Assembly: GCA_964016885.1 (NCBI GenBank) | Contig: OZ024742.1 | Coordinates: 344,224,001 to 344,288,000, forward strand | Source of the DNA: Eledone cirrhosa | Lineage: Eukaryota | DNA length: 64,000 bases | Direction: 5' to 3' | Shown here: one piece after another, positions 15,001 to 30,000 of the stretch | Layout of the letters: each line of letters starts with the position of its first letter | Numbering within the stretch: the first letter of the stretch is position 1 | The notes under the pieces: model-generated | Told to the model about the DNA's origin: nothing | The model's database searches: none | The model's input: only the letters and a program-made list of their open reading frames with translations | Translations under genes and position numbers: made by a program

Positions 15001-18000
15001 ACTGTAATATATAGTTCCTCTTTAAGACTGTAACTATTCCACTGTTGTCATATGTTATTGTCATTGTCAGCCATGTCACTGTAATATATAGTTCCTCTTT
15101 AAGACTAACTATTCCACTGTTGTGACATGTTATAGTCATTGTCAACCATGTCACTGTAATATATAGTTCCTCTTTAAGACTAACTATTCCACTGTTGTCA
15201 CATGTTATAGTCATTGTCAGCCATGTCACTGTATAAGTTCCTCTTTAAGACTAACTATATCACTGTTGTGACATGTTATAGTCATTGTCAGCCATATCAC
15301 TGTAATATATAGTTCCTCTTTAAGACTAACTATTTCACTGTTGTGACATGTTATAGTCATTGTCAGCCATGTCACTGTAATATATAGTTCCTCTTTAAGA
15401 CTGTAACTATTCCACTGTTGTCACATGTTATAGTTATTGTCAGCCATGTCACTGTAATATATATTTCCTCTTTAAGACTAACTATTCCACTGTTGTCACA
15501 TGTTATAGTCATTGTCAGCCATGTCACTGTAATATATAGTTCCTCTTTATGACTGTAACTATTCCACTGTTATCACATGTTATAGTCATTGTCAGCCATG
15601 TCACTGTAATATATAGTTCCTCTTTAAGACTAACTATTCCACTGTTGTGACATGTTATAGTCATTGTCAGCCATGTCACTGTAATATATAGTTCCTCTTT
15701 AAGACTGTAACTATTCCACTGTTGTAACATGTTATTGTCATTGTCAGCCATGTCACTGTAATATATAGTTCCTCTTTAAGACTGTAACTATTCCACTGTT
15801 GTCACATGTTATAGTCATTGTCAGCCATGTCACTGTAATATATAGTTCCTCTTTAAGACTGTAACTATTCCACTGTTGTCACAAGTTGTAGTCATTGTCA
15901 GCCATGTCACTATAATATATAGTTCCTCTTTAAGACTGTAACTATTCCACTGTTGTGACATGTTATAGTCATTGTCAGCCATGTCACTGTAATATATAGT
16001 TCCTCTTTAAGACTAACTATTCCACTGTTGTCACATGTTATAGTCATTGTCGGCCATGTAACTGTAATATATAGTTCATCTTTAAGACTGTAACTATTCC
16101 ACTGTTGTGACATGTTATAGTCATTGTCAGCCATGTCACTGTAATATATAGTTCCTCTTTAAGACGGTAACTATTCCACTGTTGTCACATGTTATACTCA
16201 TTGTCAGCCATGTCACTGTAATATATAGTTCCTCTTTAAGACTAACTATATCACTGTTGTCACATGTTATAGTCATTGTCAGCCATGTCACTGTAATATA
16301 TAGTTCCTCTTTAAGACTCTAACTATTCCACTGTTGTGACATGTTATAGTCATTGTCAGCCATGTCACTGTAATATATAGTTCCTCTTTAATATTGTAAC
16401 TATTCCACTGTTGTGACATGTTATAGTCATTGTCAGCCATGTCACTGTAATATATAGTTCCTCTTTAAGACTGTAACTATTCCTCTGTTGTGACGTGTTA
16501 TAGTCATTGTCAGCCATGTCACTGTAATATATAGTTCCTCTTTAAGACTGTAACAATTTCACTGTTGTGACATTGTTATTGTCATTGTCAGCCATGTCAC
16601 TGTAATATATAGTTCCTCTTTAAGACTAACTATTTCACTGTTGTGACACGTTATAGTCATTGTCAGCCATGTCACTGTAATATATAGTTCCTCTTTAAGA
16701 CTGTAACTATTCCACTGTTGTAACATGTTATAGTCATTGTCAGCCATGTCACTGTAATATATAGTTCCTCTTTAAGACTGTAACTATTCCACTGTTGTCA
16801 CATGTTATAGTCATTGTCAGCCATGTCACTGTAATATATAGTTCCTCTTTAAGACTGTAACTATTCCACTGTTGTCACAAGTTGTAGTCATTGTCAGCCA
16901 TGTCACTGTAATATATAGTTCCTCTTTAAGACTGTAATTATTCCACTGTTGTGACATGTTATAGTCATTGTCAGCCATGTCACTGTAATATATAGTTCCT
17001 CTTTAAGACTAACTATTCCACTGTTGTCACATGTTATAGTCATTGTCGGCCATGTAACTGTAATATATAGTTCATCTTTAAGACTGTAACTATTCCACTG
17101 TTGTGACATGTTATAGTCATTGTCAGCCATGTCACTGTAATATATAGTTCCTCTTTAAGACGGTAACTATTCCACTGTTGTCACATGTTATACTCATTGT
17201 CAGCCATGTCACTGTAATATATAGTTCCTCTTTAAGACTAACTATATCACTGTTGTCACATGTTATAGTCATTGTCAGCCATGTCACTGTAATATATAGT
17301 TCCTCTTTAAGACTGTAACTATTCCACTGTTGTGACATGTTATAGTCATTGTCAGCCATGTCACTGTAATATATAGTTCCTCTTTAAGACTGTAACTATT
17401 CCACTGTTGTGACATGTTATAGTCATTGTCGGCCATGTCACTGTAATATATAGTTCCTCTTTAAGTCTAACTATTCCACTGTTGTGACATGTTATAATCA
17501 TTGTCAGCCATGTCACTGTAATATATAGTTCCTCTTTAAGACTAACTATTCCACTGTTGTGACATGTTATAGTCATTGTCAGCCATGTCACTGTAATATA
17601 TAGTTCCTCTTTAAGACTGTAACAATTTCACTGTTGTGACATGTTATAGTCATTGCTAGCCATGTCACTGTAATATATAGTTCCTCTTTAAGACTGTAAC
17701 TATTCCACTGTTGTGACATGTTATAGTCATTGTTAGCCATGTCACTGTAATATATAGTTCCTCTTTAAGACTAACTATTCCACTGTTGTGACATGTTATA
17801 GTCATTGTCAGCCATGTCACTGTAATATATAGTTCCTCTTTAAGACTGTAACTATTCCACTGTTGTGACATGTTATAGTCATTGTCAGCCATGTCACTGT
17901 AATATATAGTTCCTCTTTAAGACTGTAACTATTCCACTGTTGTGACATGTTATAGTCATTGTCAGCCATGTCACTGTAATATATAGTTCCTCTTTAAGAC

Positions 18001-21000
18001 TAACTATTCCACTGTTGTGACATGTTATAATCATTGTCAGCCATGTCACTGTAATATATAGTTCCTCTTTAAGACTAACTATTCCACTGTTGTCACATGT
18101 TATAGTCATTGTCAGCCATGTCACTGTATAAGTTCCTCTTTAAGACTAACTATATCACTGTTGAGACATCTTATAGTCATTGTCAGCCATGTCATTGTAA
18201 TATATAGTTCCTCTTTAAGACTAACTATTCCACTGTTGTGACATGTTATAGTCATTGTCAGCCATGTCACTGTAATATATAGTTCCTCTTTAAGTCTGTA
18301 ACTATTCCACTGTTATCACATGTTATAGTCATTGTCAGCCATGTCACTGTAATATATAGTTCCTCTTCAAGACTAACTATTACACTGTTGTCACATGTTA
18401 TAGTCATTGTCAGCCATGTCACTGTAATATATAGTTCCTCTTTAAGACTGTAACTTTTCCACTGTTGTGACATGTTATAGTCATTGTCAGCCATGTCACT
18501 GTAATATATAGTTCCTCTTTAAGACTGTAACTATTCCACTGTTGTCATATGTTATAGTCATTGTCAGCCATGTCACTGTAATATATAGTTCCTCTTTAAG
18601 ACTCTAACTATTCCACTGTTGTGACATGTTATAGTCATTGTCAGCCATGTCACTGCAATATATAGTTCCTCTTTAAGACTGTAACAATTTCACTGTTGTG
18701 ACATGTTATAGTCATTGTTAGCCATGTCACTGTAATATATAGTTCCTCTTTAAGACTAACTATTCCACTGTTGTGACATGTTATAGTCATTGTCAACCAT
18801 GTCACTGTAATATATAGTTCCTCTTTAAGACTAACTATTCCACTGTTGTCACATGTTATAGTCATTGTCAGTCATGTCACTATATAAGTTCCTCTTTAAG
18901 ACTAACTATATCACTGTTGTGACATGTTATAGTCATTGTCAGCCATGTCACTGTAATATATAGTTCCTCTTTAAGACTAACTATTTCACTGTTGTGACAT
19001 GTTATAGTCATTGTCAGCCATGTCACTGTAATATATAGTTCCTCTTTAAGACTGTAACTATTCCACTGTTGTCACATGTTATAGTTATTGTCAGCCATGT
19101 CACTGTAATATATATTTCCTCTTTAAGACTAACTATTCCACTGTTGTCACATGTTATAGTCATTGTCAGCCATGTCACTGTAATATATAGTTCCTCTTTA
19201 TGACTGTAACTATTCCACTGTTATCACATGTTATAGTCATTGTCAGCCATGTCACTGTAATATATAGTTCCTCTTTAAGACTAACTATTCCACTGTTGTG
19301 ACATGTTATAGTCATTGTCAGCCATGTCACTGTAATATATAGTTCCTCTTTAAGACTGTAACTATTCCACTGTTGTAACATGTTATTGTCATTGTCAGCC
19401 ATGTCACTGTAATATATAGTTCCTCTTTAAGACTGTAACTATTCCACTGTTGTCACATGTTATAGTCATTGTCAGCCATGTCACTGTAATATATAGTTCC
19501 TCTTTAAGACTCTAACTATTCCACTGTTGTGACATGTTATAGTCATTGTCAGCCATGTCACTGTAATATATAGTTCCTCTTTAATATTGTAACTATTCCA
19601 CTGTTGTGACATGTTATAGTCATTGTCAGCCATGTCACTGTAATATATAGTTCCTCTTTAAGACTGTAACTATTCCTCTGTTGTGACGTGTTATAGTCAT
19701 TGTCAGCCATGTCACTGTAATAAATAGTTCCTCTTTAAGACTGTAACAATTTCACTGTTGTGACATTGTTATTGTCATTGTCAGCCATGTCACTGTAATA
19801 TATAGTTCCTCTTTAAGACTAACTATTTCACTGTTGTGACACGTTATAGTCATTGTCAGCCATGTCACTGTAATATATAGTTCCTCTTTAAGACTGTAAC
19901 TATTCCACTGTTGTGACATGTTATAGTCATTGTCAGCCATGTCACTGTAATATATAGTTCCTCTTTAAGACTAACTATTCCACTGTTGTCACATGTTATA
20001 GTCATTGTCGGCCATGTAACTGTAATATATAGTTCATCTTTAAGACTGTAACTATTCCACTGTTGTGACATGTTATAGTCATTGTCAGCCATGTCACTGT
20101 AATATATAGTTCCTCTTTAAGACGGTAACTATTCCACTGTTGTCACATGTTATACTCATTGTCAGCCATGTCACTGTAATATATAGTTCCTCTTTAAGAC
20201 TAACTATATCACTGTTGTCACATGTTATAGTCATTGTCAGCCATGTCACTGTAATATATAGTTCCTCTTTAAGACTGTAACTATTCCACTGTTGTGACAT
20301 GTTATAGTCATTGTCAGCCATGTCACTGTAATATATAGTTCCTCTTTAAGACTGTAACTATTCCACTGTTGTGACATGTTATAGTCATTGTCGGCCATGT
20401 CACTGTAATATATAGTTCCTCTTTAAGACTGTAACTATTCCACTGTTGTGACATGTTATAGTCATTGTCAGCCATGTCACTGTAATATATAGTTCCTCTT
20501 TAAGACTGTCACTATTCGACTGTTGTGACATGTTATATTCATTGTCAGCCATGTCACTGTAATATATAGTTCCTCTTTAAGACTGTAACAATTTCACTGT
20601 TGTGACATGTTATAGTCATTGTCAGCCATGTCACTGTAATATATTGTTCCTCTTTAAGACTGTAACTATTCCACTGTTGTGACATGTTATAGTCATTGTT
20701 AGCCATGTCACTGTAATATATAGTTCCTCTTAAAAACTAACTATTCCACTGTTGTGACATGTTATAGTCATTGTCAGCCATGTCACTGTAATATATAGTT
20801 CCTCTTTAAGACTGTAACTATTCCACTGTTGTGACATGTTATAGTCATTGTCAGCCATGTCACTGTAATATATAGTTCCTCTTTAAGACTGTAACTATTC
20901 CACTGTTGTGACATGTTATAGTCATTGTCAGCCATGTCACTGTAATATATAGTTCCTCTTTAAGACTGTAACTAATCCACTGTTGTGACATGTTATAGTC

Positions 21001-24000
21001 ATTGTCAGCCATGTCACTGTAATATATAGTTCCTCTTTAAGTCTAACTATTCCACTGTTGTGACATGTTATAATCATTGTCAGACATGTCACTGTAATAT
21101 ATAGTTCCTCTTTAAGACTAACTATTCCACTGTTGTGACATGTTATAGTCATTGTCAGCCATGTCACTGTATAAGTTCCTCTTTAAGACTAACTATATCA
21201 CTGTTGTCACATGTTATAGTCATTGTCGGCCATGTAACTGTAATATATAGTTCATCTTTAAGACTGTAACTATTCCACTGTTGTGACATGTTATAGTCAT
21301 TGTCAGCCATGTCACTGTAATATATAGTTCCTCTTTAAGACGGTAACTATTCCACTGTTGTCACATGTTATACTCATTGTCAGCCATGTCACTGTAATAT
21401 ATAGTTCCTCTTTAAGACTAACTATATCACTGTTGTCACATGTTATAGTCATTGTCAGCCATGTCACTGTAATATATAGTTCCTCTTTAAGACTGTAACT
21501 ATTCCACTGTTGTGACATGTTATAGTCATTGTCAGCCATGTCACTGTAATATATAGTTCCTCTTTAAGACTGTAACTATTCCACTGTTGTGACATGTTAT
21601 AGTCATTGTCGGCCATGTCACTGTAATATATAGTTCCTCTTTAAGACTGTAACTATTCCACTGTTGTGACATGTTATAGTCATTGTCAGCCATGTCACTG
21701 TAATATATAGTTCCTCTTTAAGACTGTCACTATTCGACTGTTGTGACATGTTATAGTCATTGTCAGCCATGTCACTGTAATATATAGTTCCTCTTTAAGA
21801 CTGTAACAATTTCACTGTTGTGACATGTTATAGTCATTGTCAGCCATGTCACTGTAATATATTGTTCCTCTTTAAGACTGTAACTATTCCACTGTTGTGA
21901 CATGTTATAGTCATTGTTAGCCATGTCACTGTAATATATAGTTCCTCTTAAAGACTAACTATTCCACTGTTGTGACATGTTATAGTCATTGTCAGCCATG
22001 TCACTGTAATATATAGTTCCTCTTTAAGACTGTAACTATTCCACTGTTGTGACATGTTATAGTCATTGTCAGCCATGTCACTGTAATATATAGTTCCTCT
22101 TTAAGACTGTAACTATTCCACTGTTGTGACATGTTATAGTCATTGTCAGCCATGTCACTGTAATATATAGTTCCTCTTTAAGACTGTAACTAATCCACTG
22201 TTGTGACATGTTATAGTCATTGTCAGCCATGTCACTGTAATATATAGTTCCTCTTTAAGTCTAACTATTCCACTGTTGTGACATGTTATAATCATTGTCA
22301 GCCATGTCACTGTAATATATAGTTCCTCTTTAAGACTAACTATTCCACTGTTGTGACATGTTATAGTCATTGTCAGCCATGTCACTGTATAAGTTCCTCT
22401 TTAAGACTAACTATATCACTGTTGTGACATGTTATAGTCATTGTCAGCCATGTCACTGTAATATATAGTTCCTCTTTAAGACTAACTATTTCACTGTTGT
22501 GACATGTTATAGTCATTGTCAGCCATGTCACTGTAATATATAGTTCCTCTTTAAGACTGTAACTATTCCACTGTTGTCACATGTTATAGTCATTGTCAGC
22601 CATGTCACTGTAATATATAGTTCCTCTTTAAGACTAACTATATCACTGTTGTCACATGTTATAGTCATTGTCAGCCATGTCACTGTAATATATAGTTCCT
22701 CTTTAAGACTCTAACTATTCCACTGTTGTGACATGTTATAGTCATTGTCAGCCATGTCACTGTAATATATAGTTCCTCTTTAATATTGTAACTATTCCAC
22801 TGTTGTGACATGTTATAGTCATTGTCAGCCATGTCACTGTAATATATAGTTCCTCTTTAAGACTGTAACTATTCCTCTGTTGTGACGTGTTATAGTCATT
22901 GTCAGCCATGTCACTGTAATATATAGTTCCTCTTTAAGACTGTAACAATTTCACTGTTGTGACATTGTTATTGTCATTGTCAGCCATGTCACTGTAATAT
23001 ATAGTTCCTCTTTAAGACTAACTATTTCACTGTTGTGACACGTTATAGTCATTGTCAGCCATGTCACTGTAATATATAGTTCCTCTTTAAGACTGTAACT
23101 ATTCCACTGTTGTAACATGTTATAGTCATTGTCAGCCATGTCACTGTAATATATAGTTCCTCTTTAAGACTGTAACTATTCCACTGTTGTCACATGTTAT
23201 AGTCATTGTCAGCCATGTCACTGTAATATATAGTTCCTCTTTAAGACTGTAACTATTCCACTGTTGTCACAAGTTGTAGTCATTGTCAGCCATGTCACTG
23301 TAATATATAGTTCCTCTTTAAGACTGTAATTATTCCACTGTTGTGACATGTTATAGTCATTGTCAGCCATGTCACTGTAATATATAGTTCCTCTTTAAGA
23401 CTAACTATTCCACTGTTGTCACATGTTATAGTCATTGTCGGCCATGTAACTGTAATATATAGTTCATCTTTAAGACTGTAACTATTCCACTGTTGTGACA
23501 TGTTATAGTCATTGTCAGCCATGTCACTGTAATATATAGTTCCTCTTTAAGACGGTAACTATTCCACTGTTGTCACATGTTATACTCATTGTCAGCCATG
23601 TCACTGTAATATATAGTTCCTCTTTAAGACTAACTATATCACTGTTGTCACATGTTATAGTCATTGTCAGCCATGTCACTGTAATATATAGTTCCTCTTT
23701 AAGACTGTAACTATTCCACTGTTGTGACATGTTATAGTCATTGTCAGCCATGTCACTGTAATATATAGTTCCTCTTTAAGACTGTAACTATTCCACTGTT
23801 GTGACATGTTATAGTCATTGTCGGCCATGTCACTGTAATATATAGTTCCTCTTTAAGTCTAACTATTCCACTGTTGTGACATGTTATAATCATTGTCAGC
23901 CATGTCACTGTAATATATAGTTCCTCTTTAAGACTAACTATTCCACTGTTGTGACATGTTATAGTCATTGTCAGCCATGTCACTGTAATATATAGTTCCT

Positions 24001-27000
24001 CTTTAAGACTGTAACAATTTCACTGTTGTGACATGTTATAGTCATTGCTAGCCATGTCACTGTAATATATAGTTCCTCTTTAAGACTGTAACTATTCCAC
24101 TGTTGTGACATGTTATAGTCATTGTTAGCCATGTCACTGTAATATATAGTTCCTCTTTAAGACTAACTATTCCACTGTTGTGACATGTTATAGTCATTGT
24201 CAGCCATGTCACTGTAATATATAGTTCCTCTTTAAGACTGTAACTATTCCACTGTTGTGACATGTTATAGTCATTGTCAGCCATGTCACTGTAATATATA
24301 GTTCCTCTTTAAGACTGTAACTATTCCACTGTTGTGACATGTTATAGTCATTGTCAGCCATGTCACTGTAATATATAGTTCCTCTTTAAGACTAACTATT
24401 CCACTGTTGTGACATGTTATAATCATTGTCAGCCATGTCACTGTAATATATAGTTCCTCTTTAAGACTAACTATTCCACTGTTGTCACATGTTATAGTCA
24501 TTGTCAGCCATGTCACTGTATAAGTTCCTCTTTAAGACTAACTATATCACTGTTGAGACATCTTATAGTCATTGTCAGCCATGTCATTGTAATATATAGT
24601 TCCTCTTTAAGACTAACTATTCCACTGTTGTGACATGTTATAGTCATTGTCAGCCATGTCACTGTAATATATAGTTCCTCTTTAAGTCTGTAACTATTCC
24701 ACTGTTATCACATGTTATAGTCATTGTCAGCCATGTCACTGTAATATATAGTTCCTCTTCAAGACTAACTATTACACTGTTGTCACATGTTATAGTCATT
24801 GTCAGCCATGTCACTGTAATATATAGTTCCTCTTTAAGACTGTAACTTTTCCACTGTTGTGACATGTTATAGTCATTGTCAGCCATGTCACTGTAATATA
24901 TAGTTCCTCTTTAAGACTGTAACTATTCCACTGTTGTCATATGTTATAGTCATTGTCAGCCATGTCACTGTAATATATAGTTCCTCTTTAAGACTCTAAC
25001 TATTCCACTGTTGTCACAAGTTATAGTCATTGTCAGCCATGTCACTGTAATATATAGTTCCTCTTTAAGACTCTAACTATTCCACTGTTGTGACGTGTTA
25101 TAGTCATTGTCAGCCATGTCACTGCAATATATAGTTCCTCTTTAAGACTGTAACAATTTCACTGTTGTGACATGTTATAGTCATTGTTAGCCATGTCACT
25201 GTAATATATAGTTCCTCTTTAAGACTAACTATTCCACTGTTGTGACATGTTATAGTCATTGTCAACCATGTCACTGTAATATATAGTTCCTCTTTAAGAC
25301 TAACTATTCCACTGTTGTCACATGTTATAGTCATTGTCAGTCATGTCACTGTATAAGTTCCTCTTTAAGACTAACTATATCACTGTTGTGACATGTTATA
25401 GTCATTGTCAGCCATGTCACTGTAATATATAGTTCCTCTTTAAGACTAACTATTTCACTGTTGTGACATGTTATAGTCATTGTCAGCCATGTCACTGTAA
25501 TATATAGTTCCTCTTTAAGACTGTAACTATTCCACTGTTGTCACATGTTATAGTTATTGTCAGCCATGTCACTGTAATATATATTTCCTCTTTAAGACTA
25601 ACTATTCCACTGTTGTCACATGTTATAGTCATTGTCAGCCATGTCACTGTAATATATAGTTCCTCTTTATGACTGTAACTATTCCACTGTTATCACATGT
25701 TATAGTCATTGTCAGCCATGTCACTGTAATATATAGTTCCTCTTTAAGACTAACTATTCCACTGTTGTGACATGTTATAGTCATTGTCAGCCATGTCACT
25801 GTAATATATAGTTCCTCTTTAAGACTGTAACTATTCCACTGTTGTAACATGTTATTGTCATTGTCAGCCATGTCACTGTAATATATAGTTCCTCTTTAAG
25901 ACTGTAACTATTCCACTGTTGTCACATGTTATAGTCATTGTCAGCCATGTCACTGTAATATATAGTTCCTCTTTAAGACTCTAACTATTCCACTGTTGTG
26001 ACATGTTATAGTCATTGTCAGCCATGTCACTGTAATATATAGTTCCTCTTTAATATTGTAACTATTCCACTGTTGTGACATGTTATAGTCATTGTCAGCC
26101 ATGTCACTGTAATATATAGTTCCTCTTTAAGACTGTAACTATTCCTCTGTTGTGACGTGTTATAGTCATTGTCAGCCATGTCACTGTAATATATAGTTCC
26201 TCTTTAAGACTGTAACAATTTCACTGTTGTGACATTGTTATTGTCATTGTCAGCCATGTCACTGTAATATATAGTTCCTCTTTAAGACTAACTATTTCAC
26301 TGTTGTGACACGTTATAGTCATTGTCAGCCATGTCACTGTAATATATAGTTCCTCTTTAAGACTGTAACTATTCCACTGTTGTAACATGTTATAGTCATT
26401 GTCAGCCATGTCACTGTAATATATAGTTCCTCTTTAAGACTGTAACTATTCCACTGTTGTCACATGTTATAGTCATTGTCAGCCATGTCACTGTAATATA
26501 TAGTTCCTCTTTAAGACTGTAACTATTCCACTGTTGTCACAAGTTGTAGTCATTGTCAGCCATGTCACTGTAATATATAGTTCCTCTTTAAGACTGTAAC
26601 TATTCCACTGTTGTGACATGTTATAGTCATTGTCAGCCATGTCACTGTAATATATAGTTCCTCTTTAAGACTAACTATTCCACTGTTGTCACATGTTATA
26701 GTCATTGTCGGCCATGTAACTGTAATATATAGTTCATCTTTAAGACTGTAACTATTCCACTGTTGTGACATGTTATAGTCATTGTCAGCCATGTCACTGT
26801 AATATATAGTTCCTCTTTAAGACTGTAACTATTCCACTGTTGTCACAAGTTGTAGTCATTGTCAGCCATGTCACTGTAATATATAGTTCCTCTTTAAGAC
26901 TGTAACTATTCCACTGTTGTGACATGTTATAGTCATTGTCAGCTATGTCACTGTAATATATAGTTCCTCTTTAAGACTAACTATTCCACTGTTGTCACAT

Positions 27001-30000
27001 GTTATAGTCATTGTCGGCCATGTAACTGTAATATATAGTTCATCTTTAAGACTGTAACTATTCCACTGTTGTCACATGTTATACTCATTGTCAGCCATGT
27101 CACTGTAATATATAGTTCCTCTTTAAGACTAACTATATCACTGTTGTCACATGTTATAGTCATTGTCAGCCATGTCACTGTAATATATAGTTCCTCTTTA
27201 AGACTGTAACTATTCCACTGTTGTGACATGTTATAGTCATTGTCAGCCATGTCACTGTAATATATAGTTCCTCTTTAAGACTGTAACTATTCCACTGTTG
27301 TGACATGTTATAGTCATTGTCGGCCATGTCACTGTAATATATAGTTCCTCTTTAAGACTGTAACTATTCCACTGTTGTGACATGTTATAGTCATTGTCAG
27401 CCATGTCACTGTAATATATAGTTCCTCTTTAAGACTGTCACTATTCGACTGTTGTGACATGTTATAGTCATTGTCAGCCATGTCACTGTAATATATAGTT
27501 CCTCTTTAAGACTGTAACAATTTCACTGTTGTGACATGTTATAGTCATTGTCAGCCATGTCACTGTAATATATTGTTCCTCTTTAAGACTGTAACTATTC
27601 CACTGTTGTGACATGTTATAGTCATTGTTAGCCATGTCACTGTAATATATAGTTCCTCTTAAAGACTAACTATTCCACTGTTGTGACATGTTATAGTCAT
27701 TGTCAGCCATGTCACTGTAATATATAGTTCCTCTTTAAGACTGTAACTATTCCACTGTTGTGACATGTTATAGTCATTGTCAGCCATGTCACTGTAATAT
27801 ATAGTTCCTCTTTAAGACTGTAACTATTCCACTGTTGTGACATGTTATAGTCATTGTCAGCCATGTCACTGTAATATATAGTTCCTCTTTAAGACTGTAA
27901 CTAATCCACTGTTGTGACATGTTATAGTCATTGTCAGCCATGTCACTGTAATATATAGTTCCTCTTTAAGTCTAACTATTCCACTGTTGTGACATGTTAT
28001 AATCATTGTCAGCCATGTCACTGTAATATATAGTTCCTCTTTAAGACTAACTATTCCACTGTTGTGACATGTTATAGTCATTGTCAGCCATGTCACTGTA
28101 TAAGTTCCTCTTTAAGACTAACTATATCACTGTTGTGACATGTTATAGTCATTGTCAGCCATGTCACTGTAATATATAGTTCCTCTTTAAGACTAACTAT
28201 TTCACTGTTGTGACATGTTATAGTCATTGTCAGCCATGTCACTGTAATATATAGTTCCTCTTTAAGACTGTAACTATTCCACTGTTGTCACATGTTATAG
28301 TCATTGTCAGCCATGTCACTGTAATATATAGTTCCTCTTTAAGACTGTAACTATTCCACTGTTATCACATGTTATAGTCATTGTCAGCCATGTCACTGTA
28401 ATATATAGTTCCTCTTTAAGACTGTAACTATTCCACTGTTATCACATGTTATAGTCATTGTCAGCCATGTCACTGTAATATATAGTTCCTCTTTAAGACT
28501 AACTATTCCACTGTTGTGACATGTTATAGTCATTGTCAGCCATGTCACTGTAATATATAGTTCCTCTTTAAGACTGTAACTATTCCACTGTTGTGCCATG
28601 TTATTGTCATTGTCAGCCATGTCACTGTAATATATAGTTCCTCTTTAAGACTGTAACTATTCCACTGTTGTGACATGTTATAGTCATTGTCAGCCATGTC
28701 ACTGTAATATATAGTTCCTCTTTAAGACTAACTATTCCAATGTTGTCACATGTTATAGTCATTGTCAGCCATGTCACTGTAATATATAGTTCCTCTTTAA
28801 GACTGTAACTATTTCACTGTTGTGACATGTCAGTCATTGTCAGCCATGTCACTGTATAAGTTCCTCTTTAAGACTAACTATATCACTGTTGTGACATTTT
28901 ATAGTCATTGTCAGCCATGTCACTGTAATATGTAGTTCCTCTTTAAGGCTAACTATTTCACCGTTGTCACATGTTATAGTCATTGTCAGCCATGTCACTG
29001 TAATATATAGTTCCTCTTTAAGACTGTAACAATTTCACTGTTGTGACATGTTATAGTCATTGTTAGCCATGTCACTGTAATATATAGTTCCTCTTTAAGA
29101 CTAACTATTCCACTGTTGTGACATGTTATAGTCATTGTCAGCCATGTCACTGTAATATATAGATCCTCTTTAAGACTGTAACTATTCCACTGTTGTAACA
29201 TGTTATAGTCATTGTCAGCCATGTCACTGTAATATATAGTTCCTCTTTAAGACTGTAACAATTTCACTGTTGTGACATGTTATAGTCATTGTTAGCCATG
29301 TCACTGTAATATATAGTTCCTCTTTAAGACTAACTATTCCACTGTTGTGACATGTTATAGTCATTGTCAGCCATGTCACTGTAATATATAGTTCCTCTTT
29401 AAGACTGTAACTATTCCACTGTTGTCACATGTTATAGTCATTGTCAGCCATGTCACTGTAATATATAGTTCCTCTTTAAGACTCTAACTATTCCACTGTT
29501 GTGACATGTTATAGTCATTGTCAGCCATGTCACTGTAATATATAGTTCCTCTTTAAGACTGTAACTATTTCACTGTTGTGACATGTTATAATCATTGTCA
29601 GCCATGTCACTGTAATATATAGTTCCTCTTTAAGACTCTAACTATTCCACTGTTGTGACATGTTATAGTCATTGTCAGCCATGTCACTGTAATATATAGT
29701 TCCTCTTTAAGACTGTAACTATTCCACTGTTGTCACATGTTATAGTCATTGTCAGCCATGTCACTGTAATATATAGTTCCTCTTTAAGACTCTAACTATT
29801 CCACTGTTGTGACATGTTATAGTCATTGTCCGCCATGTCACTGTAATATATAGTTCCTCTTTAAGACTGTAACTATTTCACTGTTGTGACATGTTATAAT
29901 CATTGTCAGCCATGTCACTGTAATATATAGTTCCTCTTTAAGACTCTAACTATTCCACTGTTGTGACATGTTATAGTCATTGTCAGCCATGTCATTGTAA

